Under the pieces are notes generated by a model. That model made no database searches. It was not told the DNA's origin and was given only the letters and a program-made list of their open reading frames with translations. Positions 37,628 to 49,600 of a DNA stretch of 64,000 nt are shown one piece after another. Made by a program: the position numbers and the translations under genes. Within the stretch, counting starts at the first letter, position 1. Every line of letters begins with the position of its first letter. This DNA comes from Geosiphon pyriformis uo1 (lineage: Eukaryota > Fungi > Glomeromycota), in NCBI GenBank assembly GCA_016748015.1, contig JAAOMT010000571.1:809095-873094 (forward strand), given 5' to 3'.

Positions 37628-40450
37628 GTGGCAACCACACCAGATGCAACAACTCTAGAGTATTACCAATCAATTTACACCTACTGCAAGCAAAGATTCA
37701 ACATTCCAAATAGAATTGAAGTTGTCAAGAAATCAGTATACCAATATATTGAAAACCGCATCAACAATTATCTTTTTGGAAATTACAATATCTCAGAAGT
37801 TAGAAGCAACTTTTACAATAATTTAGCACACTATTCACAGTTGGAAACTGAAAACCTTAACAGCAAAACACTTGCCACTTACTTTCATGAACTTAATTTT
37901 AACATTATCAAATACTGTGAAGAAACATATCCAGTGCAGTCTCAATACTCTATTGATTTTGAATTGAAAACAGAAACAAGCAACAAAGGCAAAAACAAAT
38001 TAAAACAATACTCAAAAACCACCCCAAATACTCCAACATTACCAAAAACAACTGCTAAACATTTACAAACACCTGAACAAAGAACCAGTTCAAAACTTCT
38101 ACTTACTATCACACCTTTTTCAGCTTTATTTGCACAAACACAAACACCTAATTCATCCTTGAATCGATTTGCAAGACCAGAAGATTTTATATTACTCAGA
38201 AGTCCCATCAGACAACAAGAACCCCTTCAAACTAGTTCCAATCTCCTTGACTTTCTAGCTGAAAATCAAAGTGAACACTCTGAAACAGCAGTGAATGAAG
38301 AAAATGAACCTGAAATATCTGAAAAAAAATCAATAGACAGTGAAAACAAAGAAGATGAAATGACAACATACATCACAAAAATCTCTGAATTTAATGGAGA
38401 AGACATTGAGACCAGTCCCCAAGAATGGCTTGACCAAGTTACTAAAGCTGGAGATGCAAATGGATGGAATGCTGCCAGAATGTTAAGAACAATTCCCTAC
38501 TTTCTCAAAAAAACAGCAGGAGAATGGTTTGAAAACCTGGCTGCCTCATTCAATGATTGGAATGCTTTCAAAACAGCCTTCCTTGAACAGTTTACCAACA
38601 ATAATACCTCTATCACTCTTTGCAATTGTTTTCAAAATATCAAACAAGAACCCTCCGAATCTGTTATGACTTATATTGGGAAATTCAACAAACTTCTCAG
38701 ATGAATTTGCCAACTCAAAACAAACAATTATTATTCTAATGCTCAAATCTTGGATTAATTTATTGCTGGTCTAAAAGATAAACTAATTAAAAAGGTTTGC
38801 CCACATGCACCAGAAGATTTAAACTCTGTCATACAGCATGCAAAAAGATACGAAATGGCCATGGAAGAGGCCAATTGCACAAAACTTGTAAATTTGGCAA
38901 TTAGAGAAACCAGCTCAGCAGCTGAGAAAAAAATTGACCAACTCACAAAGAAGGTTGAAAACTATTTTACCAATCAACAACAACAGCAACCTCAAAGATA
39001 TCAACCACCCCAAAGACAAAATCAAAATAACTTTGCACCACTTTCCAATAACCAGCTTCAGAATTGCCATTATTGTAGAATCTCTGGCCACTGGAAAAGA
39101 GATTGCAGAAAGCTACAATGAGACCAACAAAATAGGAGTAATCAATGTTACCCTCCACCACAGCAATCTTATTATCTACTACCACCACCAGCTTACTATC
39201 CACCAAGACCCCAATACCAAAATAACTATTATCAGCCTGCTCCACAGCCAATTCAACAGCAATACCAACAACCACCCACACAACATTATCAAGTACCTGC
39301 TCGAAGACTGATTACACAAAATCAATTTACACCACAAAACCGATACCAAGTAAACAACAATAGAATCAGTTTAAACAACCAATTAGTTCTCCAAAATTTC
39401 ACTCAACCAAGACCCAACCACTACCATACTCAACCCAGTTATTTAACAATGCCAGAAAAACAGGATTTTCACCATACTGCACTCTCGGAAGGTAGAGCTG
39501 CAGCACAACAACAAAACCCTTCCTATACTTCCACCACAATCCCACCAGCCAGAATTGCTGAAAATGCTAATCTTTCAGATATATTCCCTTTTGAGTTCGA
39601 AGCAAATGAGTCACCATTCCTGCTTAGCAATGCAGCTGCCAATGAACAAAAAGCAATCACGGCTATGTACACTGAAGCAGAAGTCGAAGGAAAGACAATT
39701 CACTTGATCCTAGACAGTGGATCCACTGGAAGCATTATCACCTACCAGTTAATGCAACAGTTGAAGAGAAATGTCAACCGACCAGCTCAAACAGTAATTA
39801 TCACTGCCAATGGCATAAAAAAGACTCCAGTAAAAGAAATTGACAATTTTCCGTTCACTCTTGATGGAATCACCATTCCAGTCAAAGTTCTTGTAATGGA
39901 CGCACCCCAGTACCAAGCTCTTGTTGAAAATGATTGGCTTCAAAAAGCCAATGCTAATCTGAATTGGAAAACACAAGAGTTAACAATCTCCTACTAAGGA
40001 CAACACACCCAGGTACCTGCCACTTGTAGTACATTTAACAAACACTCTAAAAAAGCCCTGGCTTTTGAATTTAAACCGGAAGAGGAAAAACTCTTCATTG
40101 AAACATTCATGGCTCTTAGATCAATGTCCAATTGGGCCAATGAAACAGAACAAGAACATTTTATCCCACATTCTGAACCCGAAACATCTGGATGAAATAT
40201 CTCTTACTTAAAACCTGAACCAAGGAAACAACACCCCTATATTCTCCTTAAATGTAAGGACTGCCACAAAAAACTATCGTCAATGGGAGCCTGTATTTTA
40301 TCTGAAAAAGAATATAAAAATCATACTTGTTATTACTGTAAGGCTTGCCACAGAGAATGATGGGGCCATCTAATAAAAAGGAGCGGAAAATGGGACAACA
40401 CCCCTTGTTTGACTTGTGGAGATATGCTACCAGAAGAATGCAATTGGATA
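37628..40450 (+). pseudogene. gag-protease of family B (capsid, CCHC knuckle, aspartic protease, Cys-rich linker)
   Basis: EFNGEDIETSPQEWLD..GDANGW..AGEWFE (Retrotrans_gag-like), CHYCRISGHWKRDC and ILDSGS, all in one frame with point-mutation stops. Confidence 0.9.
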
Positions 40451-42525
40451 AAAAAAGCTGGATTGAAACTAAATGCAACGAAGTGTTTCTTTGGAAAAAC
40501 TGAACTCAAGTTTTTGGGACATGTTGTAAGCAAAAATGGTATCAAAACGTATTCAGATAAGATTGCAATAGTAAAAAACTTTCCAGTACTAACAAACTTG
40601 CCAGAACTAAGAGCATTTTTGGGATTCGCAGGCTATTATTGCCACTTTATCAAGGACTTTTCCAAACTAGCTTAGCCACTTTACCAGTTACAAATTAAGA
40701 ATATAAAGTATGAATAGACTGAAGCTCAACAAAAAGCATTTAACACATTGAAAAGAAAGCTTATTCAAGCTTCAGTATTGATGTATCCAGACCACAACAA
40801 ACCATTCATCATCACTACAGATGCATCAGATCAAGCATTGGAAGCAGTACTATCGCAAAAAAGACCAAATGGAAGAGAACATCCAGTAGCTTATGCCAAT
40901 AGAAGCTTAAGTCCAGCTGAAAAGAACTATGGAACTCTAACACTGAAACACTTAGCAATCTATTGGACAGTTATGAAATAAAGAAAATACTTGAGCCAAA
41001 AGTTTGAAATATATATAGATCACAAGAGACTGACTTCAATTCAAAAACAAGAATTTGCAGACGATCACTATGCCAAATAAAAAATAGAACTTTTACCATT
41101 TAACGATACAGTACATTATAAAAAGGGAAAAAATAATGAAAATGCTGATGGATTGTCATGAATGAAACAAATCTAAAAACATTCCAACCTAAAAATATAA
41201 CAAAAGATGAATATACAAAAATACCAACAACTACAACATTATATAAAGACTCAATTGTTCAAAGAGAAATTATCTCAAAAAAAACAAAAAGACATAAAAA
41301 AACAATCCAAATATTTTATTAACCATCAAAATATACTTTACGAGAAAAACAAGAGAAATTCAGACCAACCAACCAGAGTAATCACAGAACCAGAGAAAGA
41401 GACAATATTATTCAATATGCATTCAGACCCAACAGCAAGGCATTTTCACAAAGAAGCAACTATGGAAAGAACCAGAAAAAGATACTATTGGCCAACAATA
41501 TATCCAGACATCATCCAATACATGCAAAATTGTGATACTTGTCAGAGAAGAGGAAAAGCAAGACCAAGTGAACCATTAAGACCAATTAAAGTGAGACAAC
41601 CATTCTATCACATTGGAATTGATTTAGTTGGACCATTAACAATCACCAACAGAGGCAACAGATATATCACAGTAGTCATAGACTATCTTACTAAATGACC
41701 AGAAGCAAAAGCCATTCAAAGAGCAAATGCAAAATCCGTTGCCAAATTTGTTTATCAAGATTTGATTTGTCAACATAGATGTCCAAAAGAATTATTATCA
41801 AATTAAGAAACTCACTTTGTGAACAGAACACTGGCAGAATTAAGTCAAAGATTTGGAATTAAAAGACTATTATCATTGCCATATTATCCACAAATCAATA
41901 GACTAGTTAAAAGATTCAATAGAACATTGTGTGAAGCAATTGCCAAAATCAGTCAAAAAAACCAAGATTAATGGGATTTGTTCATACTATTAGTATTATT
42001 TGCTTATTGGACAATAAAGCAAGATATCACACAAGCAACACTATTTAAACTAGTATTCAGTAGAACAGCAACATTACTAGTTGAGATAGAAGTCAATACA
42101 TATCCAACTGAACCAATAACAGAAGATAATTTTCAAGAAACATTGTTGAGAAAAACATATGACTTAATGAAAACACTAGAAAACAGACAACAAAAAGCAG
42201 CTGACAACATACAAAAGTCACAAGAGAAACAAAAAAAGAGACATGATAACCAACTACCAGACAAACCAGTTGAATTCAAGATTGGAGACAAAGTACTTCT
42301 ACATTGTACTAAAGCGGAAAAACAATGGAGTGGAAAATTTGACCTCAAATGGGACAGACCATTTCACATTGAAGAAATTTTTGGAAATAGAGCTTACAAA
42401 TTAAGATGAGACAACAAAATCTTAGCCAAAGCAGCACATGTTAATTAACTGAAACAATATTGCCAGATAGCATCATCATCTACCAATAACATTCTACAAC
42501 TAGGAGTACAAAGAATACTAGTTTA
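40451..42525 (+). pseudogene. pol remnant: RT thumb, RNase H, integrase (HHCC, core, GPF/Y)
   Basis: LKLNATKCFFG..FLGHVV, FLGFAGYY, TTDASD..YANRSLSPAEKNY, H..H..CDTCQR, IGIDLVGPL, KWDRPFHI. The RT catalytic core is absent. Confidence 0.93.
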
Positions 42526-42642
42526 ACCAAAAAAAATTTCATGAGATCTGAAACCAATCATAGTTATTGAACCAAACACATAAAATCAAACAATCAAAGA
42601 GTATATAAAAACACAGTATACGTAACAAAAGCAATCAAGAAA

Positions 42643-43278
42643 ATGGAAATACCAGATTATATTCACACTATAGCTCAACAACTGTTTTAGGTCTTAAGTC
42701 AACAACAGTTAGACATAGAAATTATCATTAACAACCAAACAATTTGCTATCAAAACACTAAAAAAAAGACAAAGAACACATCATATTAGTGAATACCAAA
42801 GAATAATAAAAACTGGTCAAATAACATAATAAAAAAAGTAAAAAACACATATGGAAAAATATCTATTATAGCACCAACAGAAGAACTTACAAAAGAAAAT
42901 TGGAAGCAATAGACAGAACAACTTCCAATATCATACTATTACTACCAGTTAGGTTGGAAGTTGAATATTCAGGAGTTGTATATCGACAAATTTAAGAGAA
43001 TATTTAACCAAGACATAATACAACAAATTGAAGAATTTATTGGAAAGAAAATGAATTCAACACTACATGTTAAAACAATGTACCGACTACACAACATATT
43101 TCAAAACTATCCAGAAATACTGTTACACTCTGACATGAAAATCATAACTATTAACCAATTGGGAAGAATGAACAATACACAAGTGGAAGACATGAGAAAC
43201 AGAGTCGAACAAACAATACTTGAAAAAAAAGTATTAGAATTAATTCAAAATGAAGATTTTGATGGAGCTCAATATTAA
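42643..43278 (+). pseudogene. Extra ORF between integrase and PPT (211 codons, unknown function)
   Basis: ATG 42643 is in frame with ORF 42961-43278. The four internal stops are all TAG/TGA, reversible to CAG/TGG/CGA. Confidence 0.7.
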
Positions 43279-43292
43279 AAAGAAGGAGATAA
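43277..43292 (+). promoter_or_regulatory. Polypurine tract
   Basis: AAAAAGAAGGAGATAA immediately before the TGTTAC of the 3' LTR. Confidence 0.85.
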
Positions 43293-44134
43293 TGTTACTC
43301 ATAGAAAAAAAAAACAGATATAAAAAAATAGAAGACCAATAGGAGAATAGTAGTTAGCACATAAACACATTGCTTAGCAATATAGAGCAATGTCAGAAAT
43401 TATGGCACATTGCTCAGCAATGTAGAGCAATATCAAGAAAATATGGCATATTGCTTAGCAATATAAGCATTGCTTGAGAAATTATAGCACATTGCTTGGG
43501 AATGTAAGCAATTTCATAAAACCCAAATTATGTATATATAGCAGTAGCATTAGAAGTAGAAAAGACAGACCTCTCAGTTTAAATTTGATCTAAGCAATCT
43601 TCCATTCACAAATATCAATAAATAATTATTTACTATCTTAATCCACTCTCCACTATTAACATGAAGTGTTGATAGTAAGTGATACTTAACTACACAAGAA
43701 CAATAGTTCTTAATCATGGCTATTGGCGGGATACTAACTTGCAATTGCTTTTGTTTATTTCTTTATTTTTTTCTTTTATTTTCTTTGTTTTGTTATTTCA
43801 TTGGTTTTACTAAACTGATTAAAAATTAAGTGCTGAGTTATTGACATCAAAGATAGCCTGGTAAAAGACCCCAAAGAAAGGGTATAGGAATTGAGAATTT
43901 AAAGATAGCTTACCAGAAGGGCATTTCTGCCAAGATTACCAGCCACCATGCTGAGAAAGAAATTCGATGGAATTGCGATTCTGGGAGGCTATGGAAAAAA
44001 CAACACTTGAATCTCTATCCATTATACAAAAGACTTCACAACAAAACCTTTAGATATTGACACCAGAATACCAACCCAGCACCAAGTTACAAATTTGTTA
44101 TTTGATTTAAGACCCCAAATAATCATCTGTAACA
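43293..44134 (+). repeat. 3' LTR (842 bp), family A
   Basis: TGTTAC...GTAACA. It is 40 bp shorter than the 5' LTR, equal to one array unit. Confidence 0.95.
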
Positions 44135-46231
44135 ATGTCCTCAAATTTTTTGACAATCCAAGAATGTATCTTTTCTTTTAGCTTAGTTTCCATAAAAATT
44201 GAAATTAGATTGTTCATGTCCTTATGCCAACACACAATATTGTCTTGCTTTGCAGGATTGTTTATGTCCTTAACATTGCATGTAGCAACTTTCCAGATTA
44301 GATCCATCATTGAAAGAAGGAAGCAGCAGGAACCAAACCAGCATTGTCCATTTTGGCTGAAAAGCCCATAACTGTAATTGCAAGATTTTTCAAAGTGTTT
44401 TCTATTTTTCCGATAACAAAAGAATCAAAAACCACTGCCTCTGCAATAGTCTTACTTCCAGCGGCCACACCCAAATCCTCACTCATCACTATATCCACCT
44501 CTTGATTCTGTAATAAAAGAGTTACCAACAGCTAACATCCAGAGCTAAGCTGGGAAACCATCAGCTCAGGTGTTTTCAATTTCTTAGCCAGCATGTCAAC
44601 ATGTTCTATGAGACTGGTGAGACTGCACTCAAGAGCAGCAAACCTATTATTGATTTCCATCACAACTGGTAGGGTTTCATCTCTAAAGAGAAGCCAACAT
44701 TTACTGAAACAACTTGGCCAGAAAGAGAGAGAGAAGAAGACCCACTTGCAATTTTTGCCCAAGAGAGGCCATTAAAAGAAATGGGACAAACCACAGGAGC
44801 AGATTGTTTGGCATATATAGCAGCCAGCCTGCTTTTATCTGCATCTAAGAGCACTCTATAGAATGAACCACCAGGAGAAACCTTCTTACTCTTAGCACAG
44901 TTTAAAAATGTATGACCCAACTTCCTACACTTGGCACATCTGGCAGAAACAAGACTAGACCAACATAAATTAGTGCCTCTGAGCACCAGTGTAGTTCTCA
45001 TGGCAGCATCCAAAGACTCAACAGAATTGAAGCAAACAACAGCACATCTGATCTGAGCATATATAACCAGATGGCAATTGATATTGCAAGTTTCTCCACC
45101 CACAGATCAAACAAAGTTCCAAATATCATGAGCATTAGTTCTCATTGGCAAAGTATAGAGCAGTGCCCTATGATGATTCCTCTTATTCCATGTTTCTTTG
45201 TCTAAATCAGCCCTGGCAATACACACAGCATCTTTTTCAATCAGGATAAACCACTCATCTGTGACTAAATTAGCCAGATCCGATTGCTCAAATTCCACCA
45301 CAGCTTTTTGTCACAGCCCCACCAATTGCATTTTGATCGACTTAATTATTCCAAATTTGGATAGCACAGTGTACACAGCCTCAGCTGATATTCCAACTGG
45401 AATTTTTTTTACTACTACAGCCCGATCTGAATGACTAGTAGATTTTTTGAGATCAGCATTTACCAAAATGTCTGTTGTTCTTGCCTTTTTCATAATCTGT
45501 GCCAAGCTAGCTTCAGAGGTGAAAGAAGCATGGATAATTCCAGAAAATTTTGAGGGGGTAAAGGCCCCCCCCAAAACCATTGACTTTTGAAAACAACCTT
45601 CTTATTACTATGAGCTTTTCTTGAGAAGATTTTCCAACCACTTTATCCAATCCAATATCCAAAGCAAAAGACTTCCTAACAGAAACAAGAACCAAATCCT
45701 TCAAGAGAGAAGGAAGTTCTAAGGGGGCATTCAAAAGAATATCATTATCAACATCAAGACTTGAGAAGTTTATCTTTCTTAATGGTTTGTCCAGAGCCTT
45801 CTTAGTTTTGACACTCGGCCCTTTAGGCATTTGATCATGCTCCTCATCAGCAATAGTGCCACTCTTACCATAGTCAAAGCTAGTTTCTTCTACTAGACAC
45901 TTCTCTTCCATATTGATACTCTCAGACTTAGTGGTGTCACCAGTCTCAGAACTTCAAAAATAACCACCAAACTCCTTAGTTAGAACCCCTTTGCCACCAA
46001 CAGCCTCTTTCAAAGCAACACCTTTTTTCTTCTTTCTTGACAAAACAAGCTTGATACCACCATTAGAACCAGATTTTTCAACAATCTTCTTCATGATGAC
46101 AACACTAGGGCCAACAGTAGCCTCGAAATCAAAAAACAGTTTGATTTTATCGTATTGAATAATGAAAAAACTTCTTTTAAAAAACTTTTGACTCTTTTTG
46201 GGGATTTGAGATGAATGAGAAAAAGAAGTTT
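44135..46231 (-). mobile_element. LINE copy D, 5' part (5'UTR, ORF1, start of ORF2)
   Basis: Colinear with 58955-61060; CAKCRKLGHTFLNC knuckle; WKVATCNV start of APE. Confidence 0.95.
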
Positions 46232-46602
46232 ATATAGTATTTAAAACACATAAAAATAATTAATCAGAATTTTTTATCTTATTATATTTAATATATATTA
46301 TATTAAAATAATTTGAATTGTAAAATTTCTATATAATATTATTAAAAATTATTTGTAAAGTGTTTTTATTAAATACATATAAAAATTAGTTATATTATAA
46401 CTTTTTAAATTAATATATAACTATAAAAAACTAAATCAAAATTTATAACTAAAAAAAAATCTAAATATTTAAAAATATATTTAATTTTTTATTAAAATTA
46501 ATTAATAAATTTATATAAATTTTTTTATAAAGTATCAAGTATTTTTAAAAAATATTTTGTTATTAATTATTAAAAAAATTTTATTAATTTAAATAAAAAT
46601 AA

Positions 46603-49600
46603 TTTTTTATTAGGCATTTTAATAAACGAAGTCCAACCATTACTTAGTATATAGAGCCAAACTAAGTAATTTAAACTAAATGTGACTCACACACTTACTA
46701 CATGTGACTAGCCACTTGGGCCAGACAAGACAACACTACACACTTATATTAATACTCACATCACCACCCAGACCAGAAAAAAAACAACACAGCCTATAAC
46801 GACCAAAGTTAATAGCAAAAGATTTGATAACACCAAGTAATCTGACCACCTCTTTAGACAACATTAAAGACACACTAGAAAAAAGACCAGAAATCATACT
46901 CCCATCAACAACCAAGCTGGCTTTCTCCATCCACATCCTGTGTTCAGACCTTACCAACCACGTCTTCACACAATGTAACTCCACAACAAACCTAACAAAA
47001 TTGACAACCTTACCAACAGCCTGCTTATTATTATCAAAAACACTTCAAACCTTCTTATACCACTCGCTCAGTACAAAATCTTTACAAACAACAGAATACA
47101 AGCTAACATCCAAAGAACAGACAGACAAAGCCTGCAAAATGGCAGAAGATGACAAAACACAGACACCAGCCACAGAAACCCAATAGGCAGAAGCCTCAGC
47201 CAGAATCTCATTGTAAACAGCTACATTCTGAGCACATGTAAAGACATGATCCAAAAACTCCACCTCACCACACAGCAAGCACAACACACCAGGATACCTC
47301 TTATCATACAACCTCTTCCAAACTGCCACTGGGAGATGCCTGTGCACAGCTTTTATCAAATAAGTATGCAAGTTCAAAGAACTCTGACTAGTAAACTCAG
47401 CAAACATGTGAGAATTGGTATGCCATACTTTTGCAGTAAAAATCCAGTCCACACTTCCAACCAGCTCATCAGAAACCACACCATAACCAAACCCAGCCTC
47501 TCAATAAGCACAACTAACAGACCAAAAAATGTCCCTAACAAAATGATGGGCATTGCCAGAAACTACAGTGTTCTTAGCCACTAAAAACTGCTCACAAACA
47601 CTGGCCAGTAGTGTGAAAGAAGACCGAATAGCCTCCTCAGCCGCCAAATCAGCCTTAATATTGCCAGAGATACCAGAATGTCTCTTAACTTTAACTCAAA
47701 CCACCTCAAGATCTTTATCCTGAATTAAATTAAAAATATAACGCCTCTTCAAACAGTACCAGTTTCAAAAATCAGGCACAGCAGACAACAATTCTGACAA
47801 GCAAGAATCAATAACAGCCTGGCTGTCAATATGCAAAACCAACTTACATGAAGACAAAACACATTCAAGAAACAAAGCAATGGCTTGCAATTCAGCAAGA
47901 GTGGATGACAAAAGACCATAAACCACAACTCTAACACTCAAATCCAAAGCCAGAAAATATGCAGCTGCACCACAAGTGATATCAACAAAGCCAGCCCCTT
48001 TCAAAGACCCATTAGTATATACCTCAAAACAATCAGACCAGACATCATGCAAGCCATCTTTCACTGCAAAAAACACATCAGACTTCAAAATGTTCAGACT
48101 ACCAGATTGACCAGATCCAGTAGAGCTGGGCAAAAAAGAACTTTGGGCCAACAAAAACTCAGATGCAATTAAGAACCAGTAAAGTATAGGGCCTCGAAAA
48201 TCCAACCTCTTCCAATGACAAAAGATTTTCCAATCAAGCACACCACTCTTCTTGCTCAAGAGACAGTCACCAAAAGCAACCTCAAATCTCTTTAGAGATA
48301 GGACAGAATTAAAATACAAAAAATTTCCAAGAATTGACGACATTAGAAAATAACCAGAACTATGAAAGGCATTGGAAAGATTATTCATCAATGAAAGTTC
48401 ATTATCCAAAAAAATCTTCGCAATTCCAGCCAAAAAATTGTCAATTGGACTAACATGCAGCTTGACAGAAAACTGGAGTGGGTCTAGAAGATCCCAATTA
48501 AGAACCTGCAAGTCCAAAAACCTATGATTGAATAAACATCCAAAAATGCCAGAGGCATTAGAAAAAAAAACCAGAGCAGCAATCTTTCTCTCAGACTGCA
48601 CTTGCTTAAAAGTCTTCAAGCCATACAAAAAAAGATGATGCAAAGCAGCATTGGGGAAATCATGAGGCAGATCAGTCTTGGACTTAAGACCTTTTCTAAC
48701 CATAACATTTCACTTGTGACAAACACCAGATGAGACATAACTAAACTGAGTTTGGTAGCTAATAATAGGCTGCAAGATGACAGAAACCAAATATGAGTAC
48801 TGTTTATCTGTAATAGTCTTTCTGAGCACAACATTGACAAAAAAACAAATATTAGAATGAGTCTTTGCAACACTTGGCTTAGACAATCTCTCTGTAGACA
48901 AGAAGATCCCCAAATAATAATATACTTTGCCCTTTTTGGCAATAGAAATTGGCTGACCACAAATATTCAGAAAGGCAACCTTGACACCTTGATTAATGCA
49001 AATAGCCACTGTCTTATCAATATTAATAGAGATATCATTGATCTTGAAAAATTCACTGGCAATGTTCAGAGCATACTAAGTAGAGGCCTGACAATTCTCA
49101 ACCCAAATTGTGTTATCAACAAAGACGCCAGCTGCAAAATAAGATGTTATTTTACCAACACTTTCAACTCTGCCCATTTTCACAACAAACTTTGAATCAA
49201 TGTGGTATCTGTACAACTGCTCATGTCTTTTTACCTTGCACAAGAGTGGATTATAGAAAATCCTTCACAAAAGAAATGAAAAAACTTCACTCTGATCTAA
49301 ACTATCATGAACTTTGTAACCATCCAACAAATCAAAATCAGTCATTACTCTGTTAATCCTGTCTTTATAGATATTACCAAAAAACTTAATGAATTTTTTG
49401 CACATTTTAATGTACTGTAAGCTAGCTCTTAAATGATGCCAACTAATAGAATCATATGCCTTTTGCATATCCTGCAATACCAACCAAATTTTCCTGTTTT
49501 TTTTGAGAGTGTTCTCTACTACTGATTTGACTGCAAACACCAGAGATTGCATGGACATGTCACAAAGCACCAAAAAGTTATCACCTTGGAGAACACCAAA

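Larger units (their letters stand above)
35104..44134 (+). mobile_element. Ty3/Gypsy LTR retrotransposon (composite, defective) inserted in LINE D with 4-bp TSD ATGC/ATGT
   Basis: Paired LTRs, PBS, PPT and PR-RT-RH-IN order. Flanks 35100-35103 and 44135-44138 rejoin to the uninterrupted LINE F sequence at ~58950. Confidence 0.95.

Noticed and set aside
42643-43278. Envelope gene / endogenous retrovirus
   Set aside because: Too short, with no signal peptide, TM anchor or furin site visible.
35104-44134. Dating the insertion from LTR divergence
   Set aside because: Divergence is dominated by directional hypermutation, so a neutral clock is invalid.
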